From: Eledone cirrhosa
Lineage: Eukaryota
DNA: 64,000 nt
Assembly (NCBI GenBank): GCA_964016885.1
Contig: OZ024746.1
Location: 73,656,001 to 73,720,000 of the forward strand
Direction: 5' to 3'
The position numbers and the translations under genes are program-made. Under the pieces are notes generated by a model, which worked only from the letters and a program-made list of their open reading frames with translations, did no database searches and had not been told where the DNA came from. Of the stretch, positions 47,705 through 62,796 are shown one piece after another; position 1 is the stretch's first letter; each line of letters begins with the position of its first letter.

Positions 47705-48019
47705 GTAAGAGAAATTGTACCTATACATATACGTATATTAGTACATATTTGCACATAAAAATACGCGCACATATGTAAATAAATACATGATTCACAGAAA
47801 CATGTTATATACATACAAATATGAACATGAATATACACATTTTAATACATGTATTTATATATTCGATTGGCGGGTAGGTGTATGGAGACTCTGATGGAGA
47901 ATAGTGTGGGATAGTGGTGGTGATAAAAATCTGTAATTTTTACTAATTATCGTGTATATATACGGTACATATTACTGGCAGTAATACTAAATGTTAATGC
48001 AGAATGTGATATATATTCA

Positions 48020-48068
<49 letters not shown>

Positions 48069-48119
48069 TATAGATATATAGATATAAATATTTTGAATAC
48101 AGCCACAAGGATATGATCC

Positions 48120-48392
48120 GAACGTGAAAGAGCCGAACTCCCACTGACATCCCCGCCATCTCTCTGTATGGTGAGAAAATAGGGTCCCACGTGCTGGCCT
48201 CCCCACAGCCCCGGCGGACAGAATGGAGAAGGCGTTTCCTCGAAGGATGGTAAGGGAGATGCGCTGGAAGAGCCATTTTAACTCGCGAGGCTCAGACCTG
48301 CGGCTGACCATCTCAGCACCTATGGTGGTGAGTAGGGAAGTTGCCCTAGGGCCAAGGACACCAGAAGTCTCCACTGCCAGGTGCCAGGGCAC
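48120..48392 (-). pseudogene. CRE-like non-LTR retrotransposon 3' fragment (RLE C-terminus)
   Basis: LAVETSGVLGPRA..LFQRISLTILRGNAFSIL. Confidence 0.75.
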
Positions 48393-49585
48393 GACCGTAA
48401 ATCTGTCGGAGAGCGACCCGTACTTAGAGAAGGTTGGTGTTGTTCTAGTGGGAAAGAATATAAAGCAATCTAGTTTAAATTCGAATATAAAGAATTAAAT
48501 ACGATGAAGATTATGGGAACTAGCAGAAAAACCACCCTTCGGGTGGTTTTCTGCTAGCATGTGTAATGTGCATATTGATAAGTATATATGCATGTAGATA
48601 TGATACATCAAATAAAATCGTAATTGACAATATACACAGAAATTGAACGAAGACTGCGTTACACTGTCTTATGTAATCAGAAACGTAATCCATGATACAT
48701 TAAAAAAAGACGATATTATATATAAACTGCATTAGGAGAAAATTAGTGACGGAAATATATGAATGTTTATTCAAGCGATCGCTAACCGGAAGTGTTGACA
48801 TTTGAAAATTTTAAAGAATTCAATCTTTAAATAAGCAATAAAATATATTTAATCAACAACTATGAAATCTAGTAGATAAATTATGTAATATTCATTCATT
48901 ATTTATTCAAAGTAATCCAACTTATTTACTAACTGGATTAAAAGAAATAAACCGTACGCAGTCCTGCACTCCTTACTTTATTATAGTTTAGATATAAAAT
49001 TATAGAATATGGGTAATGAAGTATAGAGTTGTGATGCCGAAGGGTGGTTGAATGATTGACAATAGTGATGGTGGAAGCAATAGCGGGTAAGTGAGTTAGT
49101 AGTGGTGGAGTAGTATTGGTATTAAGTAAATATATGAAATATATAAGGTATGAATATAACATATGGAGATATAAAGGAATTGACTAGAATGAAGATTTTG
49201 GAAATATAAATATCATGGAATTATATATGATGATGGTAGTGATGGAGGTAATGATGGGTGGATGAGAAAGCGGTGGTGAGGCGGTGTGGGTGTCAAGCAA
49301 ATATAAGATATAAAGTGTGAAGAATAAAGAAAAATGAATGAAAAAAATGGAAAATTGAAAAAGGAAAAAATGAAAATTTGGAAAGATGACAGAATGGAAA
49401 AAAAGAAAAATTAAAAGTTAAAAGAATTAAAAAATTTGTATGTTATATGATTTTGATTAATTTAAAAGAAATCTAAAAGTTATCTTCACTAAGGTTCAAT
49501 GAGACGGCAAACACGAAGTAGTGTTTGAATAAATCTTTGTATCTCTTTTTTCTCCTCTTCTCTCTTTCCTGTCCCTACTTCTCAT

Positions 49586-49646
<61 letters not shown>

Positions 49647-49653
<7 letters not shown>

Positions 49654-50110
49654 TGCAGACTCTGAACAAACAATCTGTAACAGATCCTGAACAAGCAATG
49701 CCTATTCTTTGAAGGTTTTTTTTTATAAGTGGGGAAAGGCCTTGCACTCGACCGATCCCACTCTCTGAGCATAGAAAACACTACCCGAAAAGGAAAACTT
49801 TTCAACATCATCGGATGCTTCCGAAGCCGCAGGTTTTTTTCAGAGTTTCCCTGAAAGGGGTTGTGACAACAACTGGGGGCCTTTCAATCCCAAGTGAAAA
49901 ATAAAAAAATACTATTTGGATGGCCGTTGACTCTGTTGAGTTACTCCGCTCTTTACCGGGTCTAGTATTTCATCTCACAGGGTGTCCAGATATCACCTTC
50001 CTCACCAAGAAAACTTGGTGGGGTTGCCGGTTTAGTCGCCGGCGACCCGACCATGAGACAGATTGTACTGGGTTACATGTTACCAGTAGCACTCGAAAGC
50101 GACCTGACAC
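49647..50110 (-). mobile_element. Family H RTE-headed non-autonomous element, full length
   Basis: 5' head (49975-50110) homologous to 62660-62795; body matches 42881-43105. Confidence 0.78.
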
Positions 50111-50262
50111 CCCCCCCACACATATATATATGCACCTGATGATTTCTCCCGAATGAAACAGTTCTAGTCATGTAGAAGCCTTTTCTATATTAAATATTTA
50201 TACTCTGGTTTGTATTGAGTATGTTACGTACTGTGGTTACCCCCGATTGAACCCAGGATAAA

Positions 50263-50359
<97 letters not shown>

Positions 50360-50661
50360 TATGACATACTAAGCTGTTGTGATGCTACTAAGAATTTCGT
50401 GTCAACAGCTTACCAAATGTCACGGAATTTATAGAAGAATATGCGGTCAAAACGAGTTTGGGGAAATATATTAAAATAATTGGTGATCGCACGTTTGTAT
50501 AAAAATGAAAGAAAGATAACAATATAGAAATATATACAACACTGTCTGACTTAATCATTGGGAGAACTGGAAATTTGAAAAGTGTGCGTCTCAACGCAAA
50601 TGACCATACTAATAATTGATCACTATTATATATAACGGTATTATATACAGCTATTATATAT

Positions 50662-50850
50662 AGCGGTGGATTGGCAGTATCGGTAGAGGGTCCGACGCCA
50701 TGCTTTCCAGCATAGTAACGTCCCTTTACGATCTGAGTTCAAATCCCGCCGAGGTTGACTTTGCCTTTCATCCTTACGGGGTCGATAAAATAAAGTACCA
50801 GTAATGCACTGGATAATTGCTGGCCTTGTGCCTAAAGTAGAAACAACTAT
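50662..50850 (+). mobile_element. tRNA-derived SINE (partial second head at 50860-50930)
   Basis: Same subfamily as 47335. Confidence 0.88.
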
Positions 50851-51236
50851 TATAGATAACGGTAGATTGGCAGTATTTGTAGAGGGTCGGACGCCATGCT
50901 TTGACGCATAGAATCATTCTGAGTTCAAATCGACTGTTATTATTGTCATTTGCGTTCGGACGCACACAGTTTAATTTAAAAAAAATTATATATGTTTATA
51001 GTGTGGCACACATGCACGTACACATTCGAATATCTACTATATCAAATTGAGTGAATTTCCTGGTACGTTTCTTATCTCTGCCTTTAATCCACTTTATTAC
51101 AGAGTTTCTAAAGATAAATTACTAGCCTGGATTATTTTCCACTTGTTTGGTTCTAAAATACATTTACTGATTCTAGGGCACCCTACAAAGTTAATACTTG
51201 ATCTTTTATTAATACATGATTTATGCAACTCTAGAT

Positions 51237-51632
51237 CAGAGGTTTTCAAACTTTTTGGGCCACCACTCCCTTAATGGTCACGTAATACTCTCAGCGCCCC
51301 CAACCCTCTTTAAAGACAGACCTGTCTACACGCAAATTGTAAATAATTGTTTCTACTTTTAGCACGAGGCCAGTAATTATCACAGTGCATTACTGGCACT
51401 TTATTTTTAAATAATATATAATAAATAAAATCGTTAATTTATATACATATAATATATACTATGTATAAATAAATATTATATATTTTTTATTTTACTATAT
51501 TTATATATAATATGTATTATTTGATATTTAATATATTATTATATCATCTCTAGCACTCCTTTAGGCCCCAGTGTCCTCCTGGACTTTCTCTACGCCCCCG
51601 GAGGGCAGTAGCGCCCACTTTGAGAACCTGTG
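51237..51632. mobile_element. hAT (Charlie-like) MITE
   Basis: TIRs CAGAGGTTTTCAAA / TTTGAGAACCTGTG; 8-bp TSD CTCTAGAT / CTCTAGAC. Confidence 0.82.
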
Positions 51633-51906
51633 CTCTAGACATTCTATTATATTGTTTATTTAAAACTCGGTTACTATTATTTCTGTTTCTTTATTTATGT
51701 TAAAGTAAGTGTTATGACATGTTTTTATTATATGTTGTGTTATATTGTTTGAATAGAATCTAAAATATGTGGAATAGCTGGTTTATTATTCCGTTTTTAT
51801 TTTTAACTTATGGCAATGACATACAAAATACACACAAATACTTCACTTACCAAAACATTAATAAAGAAGCACAAATGTTAGCAACCCAACCTTAAATAGA
51901 CTTTAA

Positions 51907-52116
51907 CCCTTTAACATTTACATTACTCTATATATACTATTGTATTTTCATATTTATCTCACATAATATCGAATCTAAGAGATTATAATATTATTTATTT
52001 TGAGAAAAGTACCTTAACATCAGTATGAGTGGCCAGTTACAGCCAGTTTGAACAAACAAAAAAAGGGGGGGGGGAGAGAATTCTGGCCAGATACGACCGG
52101 TTTAAATGCTAAAGGG
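51907..52116. mobile_element. piggyBac-like MITE
   Basis: TTAA|CCCTTTAACATTTA ... TAAATGCTAAAGGG|TTAA. Confidence 0.78.
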
Positions 52117-52928
52117 TTAAGATAGAATATCTAGGACAATGCAGCCCTAAAATATCTTAATGATTATTGATTTAACTTCCAAGATAACCCCAGCAATAAA
52201 TGGACCCTAACCTAACTCTAAAGTTATCCATAACTAAACAAAAAGTGAATTAGTTAGAGCTAGTAAACGTATTTTAGATTTCCTCAACTTATAAAAATAC
52301 TTATGTCATTACTTTATCCTTAGGAGAAATAGTATTTTGGTATTTATATGGTCTAATAACAGAGATGGCAAAAATAATTAACAATTAACCCAGCTTGAAA
52401 TAGTAGAATTTTACACATTTTTTTTTTTTTTTTTTCAAAACTACTTAAAGATTTTCGAGTTTAGTAGTTCTAACACGATCATACTAATATAACGACAGCA
52501 GGTGTATTATGTATGCAAGGAAATCTTTACTACATTTGATAATTCTTAGTAAGTAAGTCAAAGACAATAAAGATGATATACTTGGTGTCGCAGTGGGAGG
52601 ATATGGTGTTGGTAAGGCCTGTTAACTGTTAGTTTTATACATTTTAAACTTGTTTCGGAGTAAATTTAAATACTAGACCTAGTTATTTACAGAAGCGATG
52701 ATCTAATAACTTCCCGCCGTATGAACGACCACCAACTGGATAGTATCAACATCAGAACGTATATATGTCCATATATATAATTATGTGTGTGGAACATGTT
52801 ACTTTCTGTGTGCATCTGTAAATGTGTGTAAGTGTGCCTCGCCGTAAACATTTATCTATATTTATATATTGGTATCTTTATCCATTGTCAGACAATTCTA
52901 TCATTTAATATTTTCCTTCCCTTCTTAG

Positions 52929-53162
52929 GTGAATATCATGAGAGGAATCTACCTGGCCTGTTGCATAATGGCAATTCTGATTATAAGTTTTTTGTTAGAC
53001 AATATTCGTTTGGAGAAAGAAAAAGGACGGAGAAGCTTCAGCTTAATTTTGTTACGAGAGACAATACGACATTGCTGGCTGTCCACAGAACAGAAGTTGT
53101 TGATTCCCTTAACAATATACAGTGGTATTGAACAAGCCTTCATTCTTAGTACCTACACCAGT
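52929..53162 (+). CDS. UNC93A: UNC-93-like exon 3
   Basis: CTTCTTAG acceptor, GIYLAC..LLIPLTIYSGIEQAF..YTS, GTAAGT donor. Confidence 0.92.
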
Positions 53163-53727
53163 GTAAGTATGTTTATTTTTATTTTTATTTAATTTATTGC
53201 CATTTAGACTTAGATTGGCTCTCATCGAATCAATCAATAATTCAAAGTATCCTAGCAGTGACCTTCCCACTTTTTGACTCTGATACAACACTATTTAATA
53301 TCTCTTTCCAAGTTTAAGATGTTAGACTGCAATTTAAGTCATGTAGGGCGAAAGACCACACACCTTAAGCCGGGTTTTAGTTACCCAGATATCTATCATT
53401 GCCTTTTAACCTTACGGTGTCGATATAAAATAATGTATCAGAAACGCACTGTGGTCGATGTAATCGACCCCCCCCCGCCAAATTGTTGGCCTTGTGCCTA
53501 AATCAGAAAGAAAGCATTATTTTATATGGCGGCAAGTTTAAGTCAATTCTGTTTGACAGAGTCAATGTTGTAACCAGGACAATAACCACACAATTATTTG
53601 CATCAGTTTTAACAAATATTATATATAATTCTGTTGCTCGTTTGCTGTAACGTATCCCACATATGCCTATAGTCTACTGTTAAGAGGTTGTTATTTTGTC
53701 AGTTATTTCTCCTCCCCTTCCACACGA

Positions 53728-53814
<87 letters not shown>

Positions 53815-53962
53815 ATACAATAACAGAGATAGTTTAAAGCTAAACTCTGACTGGTAACCATCTCACTCAACAAACATTAGGTTATATTAAAATATAAACC
53901 CAATTTAAGTGTTTGGGGTGCTAACAATATGTATAATGTGGAAAAACCAGTTGTATTATTTT

Positions 53963-54152
53963 TGGTGGATTGGCAGTATCGGTAGAGGGTCGGACGCCAT
54001 GCTTTCCAGCATAGTTACGTCCCTTTACGATCTGAGTTCAAATCCCGCCGAGGTTGACTTTGCCTTTCATCCTTACGGGGTCGATAAAATAAAGTACCAG
54101 TAATGCACTGGGTAATTGCTGGCCTTGTGCCTAAAGTAGAAACAATTATTTT
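53963..54152 (+). mobile_element. tRNA-derived SINE
   Basis: Nearly identical to 50662-50850. Confidence 0.88.
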
Positions 54153-55266
54153 ATGAGATATAATTAAAGTTAAAGTATATCTCTCTTTCCAAACAATTGT
54201 TTCATTATAAGTTTTCTACAAGTTTGGGAGAATGTTTCCAGTTCATGTAGAAGCCTAATATATATTCTTGTAAGAATATATTTAGGTGGGCACTTATAAA
54301 TCATCAGTGGAAGCCCATTAAACATTGATCTAAGAAAACAATTTCTTACCGCTGTCAAAAATCATGTCCGTAAATTTGCTCCCTCTCACCTCGAATGACC
54401 GCCAAATTTGAAATTCCAGCAGTTTTTGACTGAGGAAGTATCATAGCGACACGAAGCGGGAAGGGGAGACATATAATGAATATGTTCTGAGAAGAACTTC
54501 ACATTTTCCACCAAACATTATATATGATGATGCGAAATATCGCTTGAATCTGTAGAAGGAATAATGGCGCCACCACCATCACTGCCACCCATAATAATAA
54601 TAATAATAATAATAATACCACAGTAAATGCTTGTATCATAATTATAATAATCCGAAAATAGTTTTTAGTGATATGCATATTGAGAGGAACAACCATTAGC
54701 GTTAATGAAGCATTAGTTTCTAAAGAGGCAAAGGAGAGAACTAAATTTCTATTGACTACATATTAAATAAAGATTGATTTTAGGAGCTCTGGTAAAAACC
54801 TCGTCAGCGGTGATCTTAATTCTTAACACATCTCAGCCAGCATATAGTTCTCAGTTAACAGAACACTTCGAAGAATATATAGATTTGGAGTGAGAACAGT
54901 TCCCTGATTAGGCAATTTAAAACAAAGGCATGGGAAGCTTTCCGAAGTGGTGCCTTCTGCGTAGAAAACTTATAGTTAAGTGTGAGCTAACGTAAGTAAT
55001 GAAGTGAGCCCAAATTAATATCTAATCTATTGAAATTAACTCTAACATCACCCACGTAAATTTTACAAGCTCTGAATGATATTGTTATGTAAACACCAAC
55101 AGGAGTGGTGTGTTAATATGGTCACAAGAGAGACATACTGGCTAACGAATCTAAGGCAGTTAACTCTCCCCCCTCTCATTCTCATTCACATACACACATA
55201 CACACGCACACACAAATGATGAATATTTCGATATTTTAAATGATATGCTTTTTTTGTTTTTTCTAG

Positions 55267-55402
55267 GCTTACATCACTTGTGCCTTAGGGGTCTGGAATA
55301 TTGGGTTTATCATGATCAGTTTTGGTGTGGTTGACGCAATATGTTCTTTCCTGTTTGGTAGAATGGTCAAATGGATTGGTCACATACCGTTCTTTGGACT
55401 TG
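55267..55402 (+). CDS. UNC93A: UNC-93-like exon 4 (not in ORF track)
   Basis: TTCTAG acceptor, AYITCALGVWNIGFIMISFGVVDAICSFLFGRMVKWIGHIPFFGL, GTAAGT donor. Confidence 0.92.
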
Positions 55403-56231
55403 GTAAGTCAATATAGTTAACTGTGAGGAAAACTATAGATAGAAAGCAAGACGTCTGAGGCAGCCACTTAAGGCATTCAGTCTTTTCCACCAGAGTTACC
55501 AGAAAGATAACAACAAGATGCTCTTCTTTGCCAAATGATTGGAGGTATTTACAATGGACTCAAACTACAACCGCATTCACGATACAAGCGACAGCAAATG
55601 TTTGACTAAAATCCTCAAGTCCATTGACATTGAATGAGTATATGGAGAAAGGTTCCATCGTTCTCCACGTACTTCGAGCACGTTTGTCTGATGGCACTAA
55701 CGTGATTATAGAGCTTAATCAGAATGCGTTAAGTCCTTTGGTAGCACTACACACTTGAAATATTTCCTCATGTAGGTGAAATAAAGTATCTGAGGTATAT
55801 CATCTGGCAAGTAAATTGATAGCTAACAACAATCGACTACAAATGGAAAGGAATGGACCTCCGCCAGTTTCGAAGATGTGTGTTAGAGTTATTCGATCAA
55901 CGGAACAGTCTGTATATGAAATTAATGTTTACATGGCTGAACATTCCCAAGACACGAGTACCCATAAAGTAATTCTAAGGGGGATTCAGCTTGATACAGG
56001 GTGTAACATGGCTGGTTAGTTGAATTACATGTACAGTCCAGTTTCACTCACAAGTCATGGGTCGACCCCCTGGCTACATTAAATGACATTTACACAAAAT
56101 ACCCTGCAGTGGGATCAAACTCGGAACCTAATGTTTGCACGACGAACTCCTAAATAATTTGGCCATGCTGCGTTCAATCAACTACAATATAAGTAATAAC
56201 CAAATTACATGCATTATTTTTATGTATGTTG

Positions 56232-56612
56232 GGGCGGTGGATTGGCAGTATCGGTAGAGGGTCGGACGCCATGCTTTGACGCATAGAGTTACGGCCCTTG
56301 CTATTCTGAGTTTAAATCCCGCCGAGGTTAACTTTGCCTTTCATCCTCACGGGGTCGATAAAATAAAGAACCAGTAATGCACTGAGTAATTGCTGGCCTT
56401 GTGCCAAAAGTAGAAACAATTATTTTTATGTATGTTTTGCGACATATAGTTCCATTCCTTTATGTTCTGAGTTCAAATCCCGCCGAGGTTAGCTTTGCCT
56501 TTCATCCTAATGAGGTCGATAAAATAAAGTGCCTGTAATGTACTGGGGTCAATTTAATCGACTTTTCCCTCCTCCCAAATTGTTGGTCTTGTGCCTAAAT
56601 CAGAAACCATTA
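56232..56612 (+). mobile_element. Two tandem SINE copies (second lacks the A box)
   Basis: 56232-56427 and about 56440-56612. Confidence 0.85.
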
Positions 56613-56626
56613 TGTTTTTATTTCAG

Positions 56627-56758
56627 CCACAGTTATTCACGGAGGACTCCAGATCACTTTACTTTTATGGAAACCTGATCCTAATCAGGTTGTCATATTT
56701 TACGTAATTTCCGGTTTATGGGGAATGGGTGATGCTGTTATCCAGACCCAAATTAATG
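56627..56758 (+). CDS. UNC93A: UNC-93-like exon 5 (not in ORF track); gene continues past the window
   Basis: TTTCAG acceptor, ATVIHGGLQITLLLWKPDP..GLWGMGDAVIQTQIN, GTGAGT donor. Confidence 0.92.
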
Positions 56759-57028
56759 GTGAGTATATATCATTTGCATCTTTGAAGATAGAGAGTAATG
56801 CTCACAATCGTGTTCGATTCCCGCACCTAGTGGTGCGTTGTAACTTATAGCAAAACACTATATTTCACGTTGCCGCAGCTCAATCACCTGGTGCCACGAT
56901 GTTTCGTCTGTTGCGTGTTCCTTGGACAACACCGGTGGCGTGGAGCTGAAAGACTAACATGCATGGGTGACCACAAAACTGGTATGGCTTCAGTGTAGTA
57001 ATTATAATAATTATATATATATATATAT

Positions 57029-57072
<44 letters not shown>

Positions 57073-57379
57073 GTGTGTGTGTATGTATGCGTGTATGTAT
57101 GTTATGGTTTTATAATTCCACAAATCTTTTCCCAATAGAGAGAGAGTCGGTTTCTAACATAGACACAAAACTCTCTCATTGGAATTTACACATCAACTAG
57201 GTAGATATGTATGTATGTCTGCATGTGTAGATATGGATGTTATTGTATGTGTGGATGTGGATGGTTTGAGTTGTATGTGGGCATGTGTATATGCTTTGTA
57301 TCTGTACATATATATATATGCAGTTATTAGATGCAAAATTTTTGGAATGTTTTACATATTTTTACTGTTCCATTAATGG

Positions 57380-60300
57380 ATTGTACTTGAAATTTCCTAA
57401 CTAGTCGTGTTCTTTATGTTTCTGTGAAGCCTAGCTTCTCAAGATTTGTATTGAGGCAGTTACTAACATATCCCAGTGCCCCAATAATCACAGGCATAAA
57501 TCTGAAGGTGTAATCAGGGTGGAGTATCTGCAGATTTCTCATCAGTTCTGCATAAATATTCTCCTTTTCTCTAATCTTTGATATTATATTGGCATCTGCT
57601 GGGCAGCTAATTTCCTCTACTGTGCATGCTGTCTTCTCCCTGTCCCATATCATAATATCTGGTCTGTTATGCCTGCATTTTATTGAGGTTTTTACTGGAA
57701 CATTCCACCAGTACTCTTTCATATTATGTTACATGGATGTCTTCCATATTGCTGTAGCTTTTAATGTGTTTATTATCGGGCTATCTTTTTTACGAACTGC
57801 ATTGTACAGTGTTTTGGCCACTACATCATGCCTCATAGGTAGATAATAGTGCGATGACATCTTTGGGCAGCTGCTGATGACATGGGTGATATCTTCGGTG
57901 TTAGTTCTGCAGAGTCTGCACTTCTTATCACATCTAGGTGTTTTGCCTGCATCCCTATCTCTTTTATGAATCAGGTATTTCGTGTTAATTTCCTGTTCTT
58001 GGATTGCAAAAGCGTATCCAAGATACCATGATCTTATCTATGCAGATAGACTTGCTCGAGAGATGGGCTCCTACGTTTCGAGGTTCGTAGATGTCGGATG
58101 GATATGATGAGACATTCAAATGCTGTCTGGACTGATGTTAGGCCTCTGCCTCCCTGTTTACGTTTCAAGTAAAGGCGGTCTATGTCACTGTTGATGTGGA
58201 AGTTTCCGGTGTTGTTTAGTTCCAACATCAACTGCTCGGATTTCGTCTATCGTCCAATTGAGTATTCCAAACGTTGGTGTTAGGAGAGGCACAACAAACA
58301 CATTGTGAGCCACTGTTTTGTTTTGCGCAGAGAATTCCGATGACCAGATCTTTCTTAATCAGGTGTAGTATTCCCTGGTTACGCGTTCTTTACTACAGAT
58401 ACCATTATAGGATATGTTCTCATCTATCCCCAGGTATCTGTAGCAGTCCTAGTCAGATATCGGTGAAACTGTTAGGCCATTGATGACAATGTTGCTAGAT
58501 TGGGTTGTTGTTTTTCCCCGCTTTACAATCATATATGGGCATTTATCTTGGCCAAACTCCATTCCTATATCCTCTGAGAACGTTGTAACCAGGTCAAGAT
58601 TTTTCTTCATCCCATCCATGTTCTTGGCATAGAGTTTCAGATCATCCACAAAGAAATTATGGGTTAGGTTCGTATTTCTGTCCTCTTGTGAGCCAATGAT
58701 GTATCCTTCACATTTCTTGGGAAGAAAGGACAAGGGGTTTAATGACAGGATGAATAATATCACAGAGAGACTGTCTCCCTGAAATATACCCCTGCGATAT
58801 TGGAGAGTCCTCCGTCTCTGTCTTTAACCTTAGGATAGTAGCCTAAGAAGAAGACAGCTTCTCTATGGCTCTGATAATAATGTCTGGGACTTTAGCAAGT
58901 TGGAGGGCCTCTATCATCTAAGAGTGGGGAACAGAATCGAAATCTTTCCTGTAGTCCAGCCAGACTATAGCCATATTCCTCCTAAGTTGTCGCACTTCCG
59001 ACATCCAAGTTTTGTTGATTAGGAGTTGTTCAGAACATCCCCAAACCCCTTTCTTTCCAGCTGTTTGTTCATCTGTGATGATGTTATTATTTTCACAGTG
59101 ATCTTGGAGGAATAGGTTCAGGCAGGCTTATACATCAGGTTCTGGCATGCAATGGGTCGGTAGTTTTTTGCCAAGTGGGTGTCTTTGTTCTTGGGGACCA
59201 GTAATGTTTGTGATAATGTCAACCATTCTGGTATAAGTATATCTCACTTAAGAACTTGTTGGTAGAGGTCAATAAGATACCTCCGATAGAATATCAGTTT
59301 TTTGTACCAGTAGCCGACAATCATGTCTCTTCCTAGTGTTTTCTTATCACAGTCTCAAGTGTACCTTCACTTATTTCGTATGTTTTTGTTATAGTCTCGG
59401 AGCAATAGCTCTTTTGGATTTCTTTTAGCCACACTGCATCTTGGTTGAAATTCTTCTTTTCACCCCATATTTTGCTCCAAAAGGAATCTATGCCTTTCTG
59501 GGATGGGGCCTCTGTGACACTTATTATTTTGTTCTTCATATCTCTATAGACTGATGTTTGGTTTCGTCTGAATCTTTTATTAAGCACTTTTCTCTCATCT
59601 ACCTTCTTCAGGTATCGGCGTTTTTCGCTAACAGCTCTCAATTCTTGTTTGAGGGTGACCAGCTTATATTGAAGAGTTCTGGTTCTACTGTTACCAAATA
59701 TCGTCTCTATTTTATTTTTCACTCTTTGTTGGTGAGGAGTGAGGTTTTTTGTGTTTTTTTGCATGTAAGGAGCATTGTCACATATCCTATGTTTTTTCGT
59801 AGGTTAGCAATCTTTTTTTCTATTTTAGTTATATATGATGGTATTTTTGGTGGTGTGTTGTTCTTGTTAATATCTCTGCTATCACCAAGATAATGCTTCA
59901 CTGACGTTGCTAAGGCATATAAACAGGCGTTGATTTGCCAAAATATTGGGGTTTTTATAATATTCACACCCTATTTCGTCAATAACACGTAATATTTCAT
60001 TTATTTTATTTTATTTTTTTAATTAAATATTGTCGTTTTAATACGTTCAGCAAGAGAGATATTTATACATGAATTAATTTCTCTCTGGAAGATTTCGTTT
60101 AGGGAAATTTTCAATTGTTTATACTTTTGATTATTATCATTAATGATAGTATTTTCCACAACAGTCGAGGTAGACTTTGATGGTACACGTGGTGTCAAGT
60201 TTCTTACAGGCAGTTTCAAGGCATTGTTCGACCTGGCTGCTAGGAAGTCTAGTAGCATGGCGACCTGTAGCACGTGTTGTTGATCCCTTGTTTGTTGTGG

Positions 60301-60620
60301 GGGATTTACAATTAATAATATTTATCTTATTTTTACGCTCAACAAACGTCGCTTGTTGGCGTAATTGTTTCGCTGTGAAATAATTTAGCTATGGGTGCAT
60401 TTCGTCCCAGTGTAGCTTCATTCTGTTCATATAGCCAATGGAGGGATTGTTTTTTGCCATTTTATAACAAAGTTCGCAAATCCAAGAGAAGTGCGATTTA
60501 TAATTTCGGTTTCTTCTGTAGCTACAACTGAATAAAGTTTGTTTAACTTTCTCGCTGTTTGTGTTCGATACTTCCTTATTTTTGTTGTTGATGTTGTGTT
60601 CAGTCATACTGTTTGTAGCA
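57380..60620 (-). pseudogene. Decayed R4/Dong-like LINE (RT + CCHC + restriction-like endonuclease) in UNC-93 intron 5
   Basis: Minus-strand fragments NYRPIAC, GIFQGDSLS, FFVDDLKLY, RLYLKRKQGGRGL, CRLC..H..SSC, HNRPDIMIWD..ISCP, PVIIGALG; many stops and frameshifts. Confidence 0.85.
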
Positions 60621-60824
60621 AATCCTTGTAAAATGAATTATGTATTTAGTCGGATATCTCTACGAATTCGAATAAAAGGTGTCTTCAGAAGATATAGTTA
60701 GAAGAATAACCAGTTATTCAACATGACTGTAGTTGTGGCATTAGTGTCGGAGATAGTATTCATCTTAAATTTAATAAATAGTCTTCCACGCCAAAATATG
60801 CGACTGATCGCGTTGACTGTGTGT

Positions 60825-60842
60825 AGTATGTATGTATGTGTG

Positions 60843-60917
<75 letters not shown>

Positions 60918-60934
60918 GTATATATATGTTTATA

Positions 60935-61000
<66 letters not shown>

Positions 61001-61072
61001 TGTATAAATGTATGTATATGTATGTATAAATGTATGTATATGTATGTATAAATGTATGTATATATATGTATG

Positions 61073-61131
<59 letters not shown>

Positions 61132-61410
61132 GTATGTATATATATATATGTATGTATGTATATATGTATATATATATATGTATGTATATATGTATGTATA
61201 TATATATATGTATGTATGTATGTATGTATATATATATATGTATGTATGTATATATTTATATATATATATGTATGTATATATGTATGTATATATAGATATA
61301 TGTATGTATATATGTATATATAGATATATATATGTATATATGTATATATGTATATATATATATATGTATATATATATATGTATATATATATGTATATGTA
61401 TATATATATG

Positions 61411-61461
<51 letters not shown>

Positions 61462-61748
61462 GTATTTATATATATATGTGTATATGTATATATATATGTA
61501 TATATATATGTGTATATGTATATATATATGTGTATATGTATATATATATATGTATATATATATATATGTGTATATGTATATATATATGTATATATATATA
61601 TATGTGTATATGTATATATATATGTATATATATATATGTGTATATGTATATATATATGTATATATATATGTGTGTATATGTATATATATATGTATATGTA
61701 TATATATATGTATATATGTATGTATATATAGATATATGTATATATGTA

Positions 61749-61787
<39 letters not shown>

Positions 61788-61794
61788 GTATACA

Positions 61795-61825
<31 letters not shown>

Positions 61826-61874
61826 GTATATATATATGTATATATATATATATGTATATATATGTATATATGTA

Positions 61875-61926
<52 letters not shown>

Positions 61927-61975
61927 TGTATATGTATACATATATGTATATATATATATATATGTATATTTATAC

Positions 61976-62007
<32 letters not shown>

Positions 62008-62185
62008 GTATATGTATACATATATATATATATATACATATATATATACATATATATTTATACATATATATATATATATATATATACATATATCTATATA
62101 TACATACATATATACATATATATATACATACATATATACATATATATATACATATATATATACATATACACATATATATATACAT
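60825..62185. repeat. (TA)n/(TATG)n microsatellite
   Basis: Directly visible. Confidence 0.97.
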
Positions 62186-62796
62186 ATGGTGGCTGCCAAC
62201 TCGTTTTCGAGTACGGCCACTACTTTATATGTAGGAGAACCCCTACCGATGCGCTGAACGAGTGTGAATTTTTAGTCCAGCCAGCGACTTGAAAACTCTG
62301 GTACAAACGCTACACTTGTGACAATTATTGACACATAGTGCTGGGCCCATGGTACCATGTGATGACAAGTGCAGAGAGATCTCCAGATATAAAGCAATGC
62401 CTGTGCCGTGAAGCTTTTATAGTGAGCAAAGGCACTGCACAAAGCCAGTCCCACTCTCTTAACCAAGATGATATTTACCAAAAAGAAGAACAAGTCAACA
62501 TCATTGGATACCATCAGGGTTGCAGGTGTTACATCAGAGTTTTCCTTCTCCTAGAATTCTGCCTTGACAAAGGCTAAGGGGTCATCTCTCCCGGTGATTT
62601 TGGATGGCCATTGACTCTTAAGAGCTCCTTTGCCCTTTGACAGGTTTTGTTTTTAGTCCTGCAGGATGTCCAAAGTCACCCTCCTCACCAAGAAACCTTG
62701 GTGGGGTTGCCAGTTTAGTCGCCAACGACCCGACCATGAGACAGGTTGTACTGGGATACATGTTACCAGTAGCACCAACTGGTGACCTGGCATAAC

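Noticed and set aside
48645-48692. Hammerhead-like ACGAAGA..GAAACGTA (similar weak case at about 43854)
   Set aside because: Core and stem I too degenerate to distinguish from chance
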